64,000 nucleotides of DNA. It comes from Rhizodiscina lignyota. Taxonomy: Eukaryota. Below, in pieces: positions 1 through 11,895 of the stretch. Numbering within the stretch: position 1 is the stretch's first letter; each line of letters begins with the position of its first letter. Made by a program: the position numbers and the translations under genes. The stretch is taken from the NCBI GenBank assembly GCA_010015805.1, contig ML978133.1, positions 124,001-188,000 on the forward strand, given 5' to 3'. A model generated the notes under the pieces. It saw only the letters and a program-made list of their open reading frames with translations, had not been told where the DNA came from and made no database searches.

Positions 1-957
1 CCGGCTAAAAAGTTTTGGCGAACTTGGAGCTTCCCGTTTCATATGTGTAGCAAGCATTGTGAGGGCACAGAGAGGGATCGACGGTTGCCCGATATGGTTC
101 GTGAAGGCACAAATTGACCAGGTCCAATAAACCGACGACGGGGAGGCTTCATTCAACATCTCTGCGTGGCGGTCATGACCAGCTTGCTGGCTAGCCAGTC
201 ATCATGGCGGACTATCAATGGAACAATGGCTGGAGTACTGTGACGGCGCATGTACGTTTCGTAGTCAACGCACGTCGACTAGATAAGATTTTTATTGTTA
301 GTCATTTCACCATACGACGTGCATTTCATCCTGCAAAATTTTCTCCAAGCTACCTATTCCTACCTACCTCTACCGTTCCAATGGCGCGTTGGGGGTTTCT
401 GTCGCCTTTGGCGGCTCCGTCCTGATCATGGCCTACCTCTCAACAACTTTACACACAAACTTCACTTGCACTGGATTGAACGATCATGTTTTCATAGCTC
501 CTTCTTCCAAGTACCAAAAAACAACAAAAGGAATTTATCATACACCGTAAGTGTTGCATGCAGCTCACCACCAGTCAAGAAAGCAAAATGACAAAAGAAC
601 ATGAGGGATCTCGGATTGCCCATGATGCGGTTTTCTCGTCAGTCCGGTCCAGCAGCCATGAGCATGAATATGAACGAACCATGTATGCTATGTGATTTGT
701 GCGAATACGAGAGCCATAACACAAGAGAGAAATTGAAAGAATAAGATTCAGCTTGCTTTAGCTTCGCTCATGTGCTTGCGCTTCAACTCAACTGATCCCG
801 TATCAAGAAAAGAATCCACCAGCAGCGCCTCTGGAAAACCGCCGCTGATGAATAAGTTTCAAAACTCTCTTCCTGCCATTAGCCGGCCCGATTCCATCAT
901 CGTTTTTCTTCCAGGTCAACCTCACCGCTTCGGCTTCCAAACGTCCAACAACCCCCC

Positions 958-3900
958 TCAAAGTCTCAACCCCTTCAAAATCTCCTGCGCCATATTCTTA
1001 TACACTATCACATTCCCCTCCATTTTCTTAAACTGAATCCCATGCAGACTCAACAACGGGACCTTGACAATGAAGATCTCAAACCTCAGCACCATGCTCT
1101 CTCCAATATCATTCTGCACATGGGTCATCGTCTCGCCCGCTGGCCTCGCTCTCGGCCCGCGTTCGCGCTCTGTAGGTGTCGGTGGCACCGGCTTGCTCGC
1201 AGGATCACGATCGCTCGCGTCTGATTCGTCGGTGTTGGTATAGCTCAAGTCGTGCGCGCCGTTCGACGGACCGCTGGTGCTACCACCATGACGATTACGC
1301 TGGGAGCGCGGGGTATGCGGCGTCATGGGTGTCGTAGGGCTCCTTACAGCGTCACGGAACTCATCGCGGTCCTTGTGTCCCACGCCGAACGAGATCTTCC
1401 GTCGGTGTCCATGCCCCAGTCCCGCGCTCTCCGGGCTGCGCGGACTCGCGATGTCAGAGAGCGGGCCTCTCTTCTCGTTCTCTTTGAGGTTGATGGAGGG
1501 CGCGTGGCGGCATGAGAAGCCCCCTTTGATCTCCCAGTACTCGACACCGAGTTGTCTCAGGACCCTAATGATCTCCGCGCGGATTTCGGGGAGCGGCCTG
1601 TTGCTCGTGGTGCTGACGCTGAATAGACCCTTCAAGTATACTGGCTTCATGCTGTCCATGCCGCGGATGTCATCTGTGTCGCGCCGTCTTCCCGTCTCGG
1701 CATGCTGTTCGGCGTCTGTTTCGGTTGTGGTGTGGGCGTGGCCGAGGTCAGTATCTTGATTGCGCGTGCCGTGACGCTGCAGACGGCGAGTTTGGATAGA
1801 CTCCCTTCTTGCGTGTCCTAAGCTCTTCGTCCGGCTTGCAGGAGCGCCGCTAGTGCGCTGCTTTGAGTTGACTTCATCACCAGTTGCATCGCCGGGTCCA
1901 GCACCCTGTACAGCAACGCTGCTTCCATCACTGCCGCTGGTAGGGGGAACTTCACTCTGCCCGCTTGTACTAGCTTCTGCAAGCGCGGCTGTCCCATCTG
2001 AAGCACCACGCTGCCGCCCCATACGCCGTCGCAATTCTGCAGAATTAACTGAAGTGGATCGGCCAAGGCCACGAAGTTTGCGACCAAAGCCTTCACCGGT
2101 TGCTGGCGGGGACAGTAGGTTATCTTGTTGCTGCTGATGGCTCGTTGCTTGCAAAGATGCTGAAGAAGGCTGATCCCGATCCCTTGATCTACGAACGCTG
2201 AAGCTGCGGCGCACTGGACCTGAACTATGAGTGTCCGCTGGTGCTGAGATTGCAACGGTTGGAGGATGAGTCCTATCTGGTCGTTCCGGTCGCTCACGAG
2301 TTCTGCGGGTGCTGAGACGTCGGAGCAAGCCTGCAGCAGTACTTTCTTTCTTCGCGGAAGGCGGAGGGTCTGCAGGTGGCGTGACAATGGAAGGTGGAAC
2401 GGGTCCTTGTGGGACATTGAGCTGCAGCTCTTGTACTCCATCTGCAATCTCGTCTTCTCCATGAGTTCTTGCTCTTGGCCTCGTCCTACCACCGGTTGGT
2501 TTCTCCCCTGCCATTTCCGGCGTTGCAGCATTGGTATAGGCTGCTTCGGGAGGCTGCACATCTGGCATCTTGAAAATCTTCTCCGAACTTGTAGGTGCTG
2601 GGATGGATAAAGCGCCCGGATTCGCCTCCTGTCTTTCCCGCTCCTGCTTCTCACGGACGAGAAAATATACGCTGACAAGCGGGCTGAACGCATTGATAGG
2701 ATCTGTACCCAATGCTATTGCTTCGCTCGAAGGTATGCTGAGTGCGTCTTTGCTTGTCGTGCTGTTCCTCCTCTTATAAAAATCAAAAACACCTCGTTTC
2801 CTCTCCTCTCCAGGTGTCTGACTGATGCTCCTGCGTGCTGCGGCCCGCACCGCACGCTGGTATTCCTCGCTATCGAGAATCCTAGTGAGCTCCTTCATGA
2901 TGTAATCCGCAGAACCAAAATCGAACCCCTCCATTTTCTCAACAACGGCTGTATCGAGGGGTAGTTGTAAAGGTTCTCGGTGAGGAAGGAAATTCTCGGG
3001 AGGACCGCCAAATCCTTTTGTCATCCACGGATGATTCATTATCTCCTGTAAGCTTGCTCGCTGCTTTGGGTCCGTAACCAGCATGCGACTGATGAGGTTC
3101 TTGCATTCTAGCCACTCTTTAGTACGTCGAACAAATGCTCTTGAAGAACAATATAAATGGCTTACCCTGTGATAGCCAGGGAGGATACTCCACATGGCCC
3201 TTTTTGATTTTAGCATGCAACTGCGGCATGCTCTGATCATCAAATGGCACTTTCCCACAAACAAGCACATAAAGTACAATGCCAAAACTCCAAACGTCAA
3301 CTTCTGGACCCGTGTATTGCTTTGCTTGCAGCAGCTCCGGTGCTGCAAAATACAAGCTGCCGCAGAATGTTTTCAGGTGGCTTTGGGGACTGAAGAGATT
3401 GCTCAGCCCAAAGTCAATGATCTTGATATCACCAGTTTTGCTGATTAAAATGTTCTCAATCTTCAAATCACGATGGACAATGCTATTCCGGTGGCAGTAA
3501 TCCAGAGCAGAGGCGATTTGACGGCCGAATTTACGAGCCTGCTTCTCCTTCAGACGACCATGGCTGATGATATAATCGAGCATTTGTCCTCCGTTCACAT
3601 ATTCGAAGAGCATGTACCAGTGGTAATTGGTACGAACAACGTCGCGCATGCCGCAGATGTAAGGGTGGTTTACGAGGGAAACAATGGCAGCTTCACGGGC
3701 CGTGCGAATCTCCTTGGAATGATCTGCGCGTTCGCGTTCCTGGGGAGTCCTGTGTTCGTCGGTTGACACTCTGGGGACAATCTTGACGGCGACCTGGTCA
3801 CACGACGAATCAACATCTCGCAGAATATCGAGCAATCAGAGGCAACATACCTGTTCTCCCGTTTCCGTGTTCTTCGCCAACTTCACCTTGCCCATACTCC

Positions 3901-4426
3901 CAGCACCAATGGTCTTGCCCAGCGACCAAGTTCCCGTACTCGCAGTTATGGTAGTCCTCCGACGCGGCTGAGCGCCAGTGGCAGCAGCCATCGACCTCGT
4001 CGCCGCATCTATAGGCATGGCAGCAGTTGGTTGAGCTATAGGTTGGCCGTCATTCTGTGCCGATCCCCCTCTCGTGGGCTTGCGCAGCGAGTCAGTGCGC
4101 ACGGGAAATTGCTGCGTTGCAGAGTGGTGCCGGTCGTGAGAAGAGCTTCGTCTAGAAGAGCTAGACTGCCTTGCTACGTTTGAGTTCTCAAAGTCGCGAC
4201 GTGCGACATTCGTCAGCTCGGCGGCGCGTTGTGAAGCTGATGGTGTGCGGGAATGCCCTTGCGGCTGATTCGAGGGCCGGTGGGCAGTACCGCTGCTGGG
4301 CCTCACGCTCGTTGACTGCGAGCGGTGCGGGCGGTCATTCGGCGTTGTCGTAGGATATGTAGGCTGGCGACGTGACGTCGAGGAGCTTCGTGCGAGGGTG
4401 GGAGAGGCAGAGGCGGCGGTAGACAT
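958..4426 (-). CDS. kin1: Kin1/Par-1/MARK-family Ser/Thr kinase with C-terminal KA1 domain (3 exons; introns 3794-3850, 3108-3165)
   Basis: GAGSMGKV P-loop, [30 protein letters not shown]-terminal [15 protein letters not shown]...[22 protein letters not shown] (KA1). The introns GTATGT..CAG and GTAAGC..TAG join the three ORFs in frame. Confidence 0.96.
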
Positions 4427-5201
4427 GTTTGCTTTGCTTTGACCGCCCGGGGTTTGTAAGATGAATCAGGGATGGCCGAACGCGCAAGCCTGGCTCATGG
4501 AGAGTGCAGAGCCTTTCTCAGTCGCGTTGCAGACGGGGAGGAAGTGATTCCTGATGTCGATGTGTGTGATCGAGGCCTGATTCGGTGATGTTTCTCCCAC
4601 GGCGTGAGGGATATCACGTACGCGGGATGCGGTCGATCTTGAGGTACCTGAGCCTTGCCAGTCGGCACGCGCGATAAGGCAGCGAGCGCTAGCTGGGCGA
4701 GACTCGAGGGCACGGAATGGAAGCAGCCCTTTGTCGTGCGTGTGGCATCTGGAAATGTCGTTGTCGAGAGAATTCGGGACGAGTGTGCTCTGGCCGGTCA
4801 GCAGTTGCGAGGGCTTTCTGAGGCGGGTTAGTAACTGTCTGCAACTGCCTCGCTCTCGTTAGTCTAGCGATGGATGCCAGCCCACTCGCGCCAAGAGCCG
4901 CGTCTGCGTCGGCTCGTCCCTTTGGAGCTTTACGCGCGCATAGGCAAGCACTACCACGTCCGCGCGCGAACTCGGCGGCCGGCCGGGGAAACACCGGCAA
5001 CCGCCCACTTGCCGATGTCGGCCTACGCGCCATAATTATTTCTCGCGTCTCGCGGGGAAGCTCTCTTTCCCACACAACAACAGCGTAAACACCACGCAAC
5101 ATCAACCTTTCCAAACTTCTCTGCATGCAAGCACTGCTGTTCCTACAATTCCTCAATCTGCCTCTCGTGGGCGTGTAGAGAAAGTACACTGCAATCTCAT
5201 C

Positions 5202-7349
5202 ATGGCTCACGACTCCTCCAAGCGGCGTCGCTCGGCGTTCGAGCAGGACGATTTCGACGAGCTCGACACCCGGCCTTATCTTTTCCTTCGCCCACTCACC
5301 GACCCCAAGCTCGAAACGAACAATGAGTTCAACGAATTAGCACTCCGGAGGCCAAAGGGCGAGCAGCGCGTGCTGGACGAGCGTGGCCAGCCTAAGAGGT
5401 TTCACGGAGCCTTCGAAGGAGGATTCTCAGCTGGGTGAGACTAACCTTCGATCTCAGCTTAAACGCAGTAGGAAGCTCGCTAATACCTATATTCCAGCTA
5501 CTATGGCACTGTCGGCTCCAAAGAAGGATTCCAACCTGCTTCCTTCGTTTCCTCCCGCGATGCACGCGCTAAAGGCCTGAACACTTCCCTCCTAAAGCCG
5601 ACAGACTACATGGATGAGGAAGATCTACAAGAACACAATCGCGACATTGACAAGCGACCTCTCAAGTTTGTCCATGGAGCCGGTTTCGCTGCTCCTGCTG
5701 AGCCTGTGGACCTTGGACCAGCCAAGAAGGACAAGTACATAAAGAGCATGGCTATTGCTGCGAAGGTGTTGGTGCCGCTAGGTTTGGAGCTAGAAGGAGG
5801 CGTCGCCTCAGGGAAGATCGAGCTCCCACCTGATCCAGTAGAGTTTTATTCAGGGGATGATGATGAGGGTATGTCAGTGCGAGCTCGTGCACAAGCAGCC
5901 CTCCCTTATCGTATCCCACTCCACCCAGCAAATACTCCTTACGTGAAGACAGAATCTTATGGCCTTGGTTACACTCCCCTCACTGGCGTCAAGAAGGAGT
6001 TGAAAGGCCCTGCGAAGGACCTGTTGACAGCGAGGGTCGAACAAGAAAACAGCGACACCGAAAGACGCAACATGCGCCGACTCAACTACGAGCGAAGTAA
6101 GACGGGGAAGAAACGGAAGAAGATAAGCCTTGGTCTTGAAGCCAGTGATAAGGACCGCGTTGGCAAGGAAGGCATCGACAAGGGAGGCGTTGGCAAAGGA
6201 GGAATTGGCATGGAGAAGCTGCCCAAGGGAGGCATTGGTGTGGGTGTTCTCAACTCCGACGATGAAGAAGATGAGGACGAATCGCGTCGAAAACTCACAT
6301 TCGACACGGTCATGAAGGACGATGAGGACGAATCTCGCCCAAAGCTCTTGTCCTACAAACCCCTGGAGACGGGTGAGGAGACTAAGGCCATCGAGGACAA
6401 GGCTGCAAGGCGACAGAAAGTTATTCCTAGTATGGAAGAGGAAGAAGAGGAAGGATTCCAGATCAACGTGTCCAAGATCCTTCAGGAAAAGCAGAAGAAG
6501 GAGAAGGAGCGCAAACGCCGTCTTCGGCTCCAACAGACAGACGACCCTGTCCAGGACACCTCAACAGTCGCCGCGGCAAGTAACAACTATGTTCCTGTCA
6601 ACTTCGTAGTACAAAAGCTCTTCGGCAGCGCATGGACACCCCTTTCCGACGGCGAGCTGAAGTCCATGTATCTCAATGCCCCCAAAGTCTTCGAGATTCC
6701 CAAGGACGAGATCACATGGTCTCATACTGCCGAGGCCGACACCAGAGCTGCCCCAGCAGCAGCTGAAGCAGAGAAGCCGGCGAACGTTCCCTCCAACTTC
6801 CCGGCCTTGTCAAAGGAGTGGGCTCACGAAGCCATGACCAACCACTTCCAACCATACCGCGGCGACGACGACCGGGATGACGAGAAGTCCGAACGCTACC
6901 AGATCTTCCTGCGCCTGTATGCCGGCTACAGCGCTGAGCTGCCGAAGAAGCCGGACCGCATGGACGACGAGGAATACGGCATGGAGCTGGAGGAGTTCGC
7001 GGCGTGCGCCCGCATGTTCCGCCCCGCCAAGGGACAGCTCGCGCAGAAGTTTATGCCCCTGGGCGTCCTGCCGACCGAGTCGGCATGGATGAAGCGTGAC
7101 CTCCGCGAGGAGGCCGCTGAGGCAGGCGCGTTCGGTCCCTTGACGAGGGACATGCGGGAGCTCGACCTGAGCCGCCTGCTGCTGAAGCGGTGGGGTGAGG
7201 AGGGGACGGAGCGCGTCAAGCCTCCGCCCCGCTCCAAGAAGGAGAAGGAGGCGATGGGTGTGAAGGAGATGGGCCCTCGTGCCCACGACCCGGTGGTGCT
7301 GGCCCGCTGGGCCCCGGCGGCCGTTTACTCGGCCAATTTCGACAACTGA
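5202..7349 (+). CDS. DUF1604 / GPATCH1 (TGH-like) RNA-processing protein (intron 5435-5497)
   Basis: Spliced sequence gives [40 protein letters not shown]...PTDYMDEED, the DUF1604 signature; GLGY and KGGIGVG motifs follow; C-terminal EAAEAGAFGPLTR. Confidence 0.85.
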
Positions 7350-8099
7350 CCGCGGCGGCGGTGAACAAGCAGATGAAGTAGAAAATGAAGACGATTGACC
7401 GATGCACTCTATTCTGACTGAACATATCTGATAAATCACGTGAAATTCCCCAGGTACGCGTAAATTACATAATCTAAGCCCAGAAGTGATGCAATACACC
7501 TTTAGTCAATAAGGGACCTCCGTAACTTTGCTGAAGCACTTAGTAATTTTCACATGTTTCGGGATAGAACGAGCACCTGAGTTTTATTAACTACATATTC
7601 AAACCATTAGGGCGGAATTGAAGGAGCCTTGCCTGAGTTGTGTGCAATACCACGAAGAGGTCGTGATAATCAGCCAACGCATGCTGGAATTACACACGCA
7701 AATAATGTATACCAGAGCACGACTCGAATCTGGGTACGACCTCAGCAGAGTAAAGGAATGAATTCTAGTATCCCACGGAAATTACGTAGGCGGTGGCATT
7801 AATGTTTAGAAATGTCGATTGCAAAAGCTATGGCCAGTGCGGCGGCTCTCGGTTCAGCCGTAAAGCCCGTACGATATCGAGGCACACCCTGTCATTTGCC
7901 CGGCTTTTCTCTAACTTATGGCACGGACAAACCCCTGCCGAGCCGAGCGTATCAAGATACCTTATGGGCTTCAAGCCTCTCTAAACAGGGTAGGAGATCC
8001 GACGGTCACGTGCAACAGATCACTAAATGCAACACCATCCTAAAATTTAACTACGAATTTCAAAGTACGATTTCTTAATAACTATAAGAGATAAACTTC

Positions 8100-10228
8100 A
8101 AATTAAAACTGGTAATAGATTATATTATTACGTATAAGTTTTATTAAGAAAACCTTTCTAGAAAGTGCCTTGTTGGTTTTGTTTTGCGCCCTAATCGTGT
8201 TTGGGTTGCTTTAGGTACTAGAATAGTATTTGCTTTATGAAAAATCTTAACCTCTTCTAGAATCTGCTAATACTTATTCTTCTACTTCCTTAGCTTCTTA
8301 TTAGCTGCTTTAGCTTTAGATTAAAGCTATTTATTAGCCTATTTTTCTATACGAGCCTTCTAAAGTTGTATCTTTTTCTAAGCCGCCTCTTCCGCCTTTT
8401 GCAACCTCGCTACCGCTAGTTATTCTCGCCTTTAATTGGCTAAGCGCTCTTTTTCTTGTTTAGCTTCTTATTTACGCTTCTTTTCCTCCTGTTTCTATAC
8501 TTCCTATTGTCGTTAATCTTTCTCTTCCTATGCAATTCGCTCTTATACTAGTTAAACCTTTAAAGGTAAGTATATAATCGCTTTATAGTTAGATTTATCG
8601 CGAAGTCGATTAAATAGTAGCTTGCCTTAGTAGCCTTTAAGCTTTTCTACGCCTAGTACCTGTTTTAAACTATCTCTTTTAATTCTAAGCTAGTAGTTTT
8701 TAAAGACTAGATACTTAATATAGTTAGTAATCTTTATAATTGTCATGGATCGCCCATTCAGGTCGGGTTCACCTCGGATAAACCTCGGCCCGATCACGTG
8801 ACGCTTGGCATTCCTGTATATACTCTCAACTTCTGCGAACCTTCTAAAGGTTCGCCTAATATTAACGTTACAACTTACCTGCTTGCTCGCTACGCTCGTG
8901 CAGCCGTGACAATAATATTCTCTTAAATTAATTTATTAATAGTCTCTTTTAGAACTATACGAACCTTCCTCTAATTAGATACTAAGAGTACTAAACTATT
9001 TAAAGTACTTAAGGCTAGCTAGGATGTAGGTCTAACTTATAAGAGTACTATTTTAGGATTAAAGGGCTAGATACTAGCCTGTTAAAACCCTAATTTAATA
9101 ATATTTTCAGTAAATACTAATTAAAAAGCCGGCTAGAAGAGTAAGAAGAACTACTACTTACTAAGGAAGGTTAGTCCTTAAGTCTTTATCTACTAGGTAT
9201 CTAGATTTATACTATAATAATGCCTAATACTTAGAAAGTAGGTAAGATCTAGTAGCTAGAGTCTATAGGTTGAATAAGGTAGAAATACTACTATAAGCAC
9301 TTTATACTTATTATACTAATCTAGAAAGCGTATATTAATATAGCTATTATAGCTATTAACGATTAGAAGCCGATAATTACGACTATTACGTGCTTTCTTC
9401 TTACTAGCTAGGTCGAAAACTATTATTAGCTACTATATTATAAGGTCCTTATTAGTCTAGCCGCTTAGCGTCGCTATAAAGTAGTAGTTATACTCTTTAG
9501 GATTAAAATCGTAAAGCTAGCTATCTAGAATATTACCTAGAGCGCCTAAGTAGATTAGAGTTAGTCGTAATATAGTACTATCTGTATAGTAGCTAGTAAT
9601 AAGAGTAATCTAGTTACGAGAGCTATCTTAGCCTATACTAATAAGTCGACGTTTCTAAGCTTCTTTTTAGGTGAAAATACGCTTTATCTTATGTAAGATA
9701 CCTAGTAGAAAGCCCTTTTCATCTATATTATAACAGTTTTCGGCTCTAATATTATATTACTAGATTTTCGATTATAGCTATTAAGTTAGTAACGAAGTAA
9801 GGTAGTATAGTAATACTTACTAGGTTAAAATATAGCTTATACTTATACGTATTATCTACCTTCTTTCGGCTTTAATCCGCGCCTACTAGGTAGCTTAATA
9901 GTAACTCTTTTTCATGCTGTTAAATAAAGCGAGAAGCCTACTTCTTTCCTAGCTCTTTCTTAGCTAAATTACTAGTAAAGCGCTAGATTATTAGCTATAT
10001 AGGAGGTATGCCTCGCTTAATAAGTATATCGATATAGTTTATAAGGTCTTTTTCTTATTAATACGAGAGTAATGACTAGTGTTCTTGTAAACGGCCTTTC
10101 GGCTTCGATATGCCTTTATGGCGGCGTAGAAGTATACTAGGTACAACCCTATACTTTTCAGCTATTGCCCTATAAAGAGGAGGATCTTAGCTTTTCAAAT
10201 CTTCAAGCGCGAGCTCAATTGCGCTCAT
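8100..10228 (-). pseudogene. DDE_1 (pogo/Fot1) transposase pseudogene with many stops; 3' end approximate
   Basis: Starts MSAIELALEDLKS*DPPLYRAIAEKYRVVPSILLRRHKG (HTH). YNIDEKGFLLGI (~9700-9735) matches YNMDEKGF. RLLIVNSYNSY...FLPYSTYRL*LLDL matches RLLIxDGHGSH...PPHSTHRLQPLD after C>T/G>A changes. Confidence 0.9.
8741..8911. mobile_element. Solo LTR (171 bp) of an LTR retrotransposon inserted in the transposase
   Basis: Ends TGTCATGG...CCGTGACA (TG..CA, short inverted ends); 5-bp target duplication ATAAT at 8736-8740 and 8912-8916; normal GC content inside RIPed DNA; internal TATATA. Confidence 0.85.
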
Positions 10229-11895
10229 ATTAGTGGAGTTATTGAATTTTGAAATTCATTGATTTCCGGTGCGTGGTGTTGCATTAGGTGATCTGTTGCA
10301 CGTGACCGTCGGATCTCCTAAAGCACTTGCGCTAAGGTGCGCCATTCTTACTTCCAACGTCAGTTGATACCTCTGCCATCGGGTGTCGGGTCGATTATAT
10401 TCTGAATAGCCGCACACCACAATCCTCTTTAAAGTCTTACACGAATGGTTTATCTTTGATTCGTCTGTTTTATTTGTTCGCATGGCAGTAACAGCCGACA
10501 TCTATTCGTCGTGTTACTTGCAGCGATCTCCCGTGCGCCGTCATCCACGGGCAATAGAGAATTAGGCCGATTGGCAGAAATTAACGAGAGTAATGAGATT
10601 GCAGACAACGCCTACGCTTCCTCATTCTAGACCTACAATTCCATTCTGGTTGTTGAAATATGGTCGAGAAACGTGAATGCCCTTTCTTTATGATTTTATG
10701 CCCCCGTTGCATCGCTATTAGGAATTATTTCAGCGCAGATAAGCCTGCGGCCAATGTGCAAAGACGTTCACGGAGCTGGAGCGGTTCCGCTACATCGTAT
10801 GAAGAACTAATGTACAACTGAGGTCGAATCAACTATCAAGCGCAAGCCGCGAACGGGCATTGCACTAACAAGGTTAACGTTATCTTTGCGGGGGCGCCTG
10901 GCAAGGAGTGGTGCTGTTCGTCATCCGAGTCGGAACTTTTAAAGTGTTTTAGGTAGGTCGGTCTTAGTGTCAAACCCGCTTTTCCGGACACTTTTGCTTA
11001 GGGACTCCGTAGATGTGGTTAGATACTGTAGATGTGGCTTAAATTCTTTCCTAGGTCATAGGGGCGAATCGACATTGGTTACATGTAGCATCCCTTCAAC
11101 ATCGAACCTTGAGGAGTTACGGGAGTACATAAGGAAAATTCCTGTCCACTAACTATCCAAAAGGCATTCGCCGGGAATAAGATCAATGTATAGAAAATCG
11201 TGATGACAGATAAAGGCAAGGGGAAAGCAGTTTACTTTAAGGCTGGGGTTGTGTTGAACCACAGGGCAAGCTCGAAAGTTGACCAGGGTTAGGATTCCAG
11301 ATTCGTCATGCAAGACTGCAGTTTTCAGGTAAGAGTTATTTCCTTCTTAGGTTTCTCACAAAGGGGAATTTTTATTTGTGGTCTCCTAGAACGCAACAGT
11401 TCTAGGGAGGGGGCTAGAGTACACGAGACGGACTAAATTTGGGTAAGATGTCAGAAGTTACCAAGATATACCAAGCATATCGGTACCTGAATCAATAGCC
11501 TATCGAGAAATATGCTCCAAGGGGACAAACCGCTTTGCTAGTATATCTGGGGGTGAATGAAATGCTCCGATCGGCTTCAAAACTGGATTGGATCAGTCGT
11601 TAATGTACCGTACGGGTGTTGCATCAGAACAGTGAGACGGATGCGATAGCGAAATTGCCCTTGAAAGCGGCCGTCGCGATCGCCTTTACATTATTCACTG
11701 CCTTTTCCTTCACGCCGTTGCAAACACAAGCCACAGCCGCCGCGCGTATAATTTCTTCCGCTCACTAGGCTGCGTCCTTATCAACTTCTTCTTTTAAACA
11801 TCAACCTTGCAACCTTCAACTTTCCCAACTCAACACCCACGCCCATTCAATAACAGTAGTACCAGCCTGGACTCAGGCGAACTACGCGTGTCGCA

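Larger units (their letters stand above)
7993..10318 (-). mobile_element. pogo/Fot1-like (Tc1/mariner superfamily) DNA transposon, RIP-inactivated
   Basis: TIRs GGAGATCCGACGGTCACGTGCAACAGATCAC..AATGCAACACCA at 7993-8037 and inverted at 10274-10318; TA on both sides (7991-7992, 10319-10320); AT/TpA-rich interior. Confidence 0.93.

Noticed and set aside
1090..1500. Long low-complexity insertion within the Kin1 KA1 region
   Set aside because: Commonly present in filamentous-fungal Kin1 orthologs; not unusual.
1818..7499. Long overlapping or antisense ORFs (e.g. 1818-2693, 5874-6533, 6810-7499)
   Set aside because: Shadow frames of GC-rich real genes, with no independent motifs.
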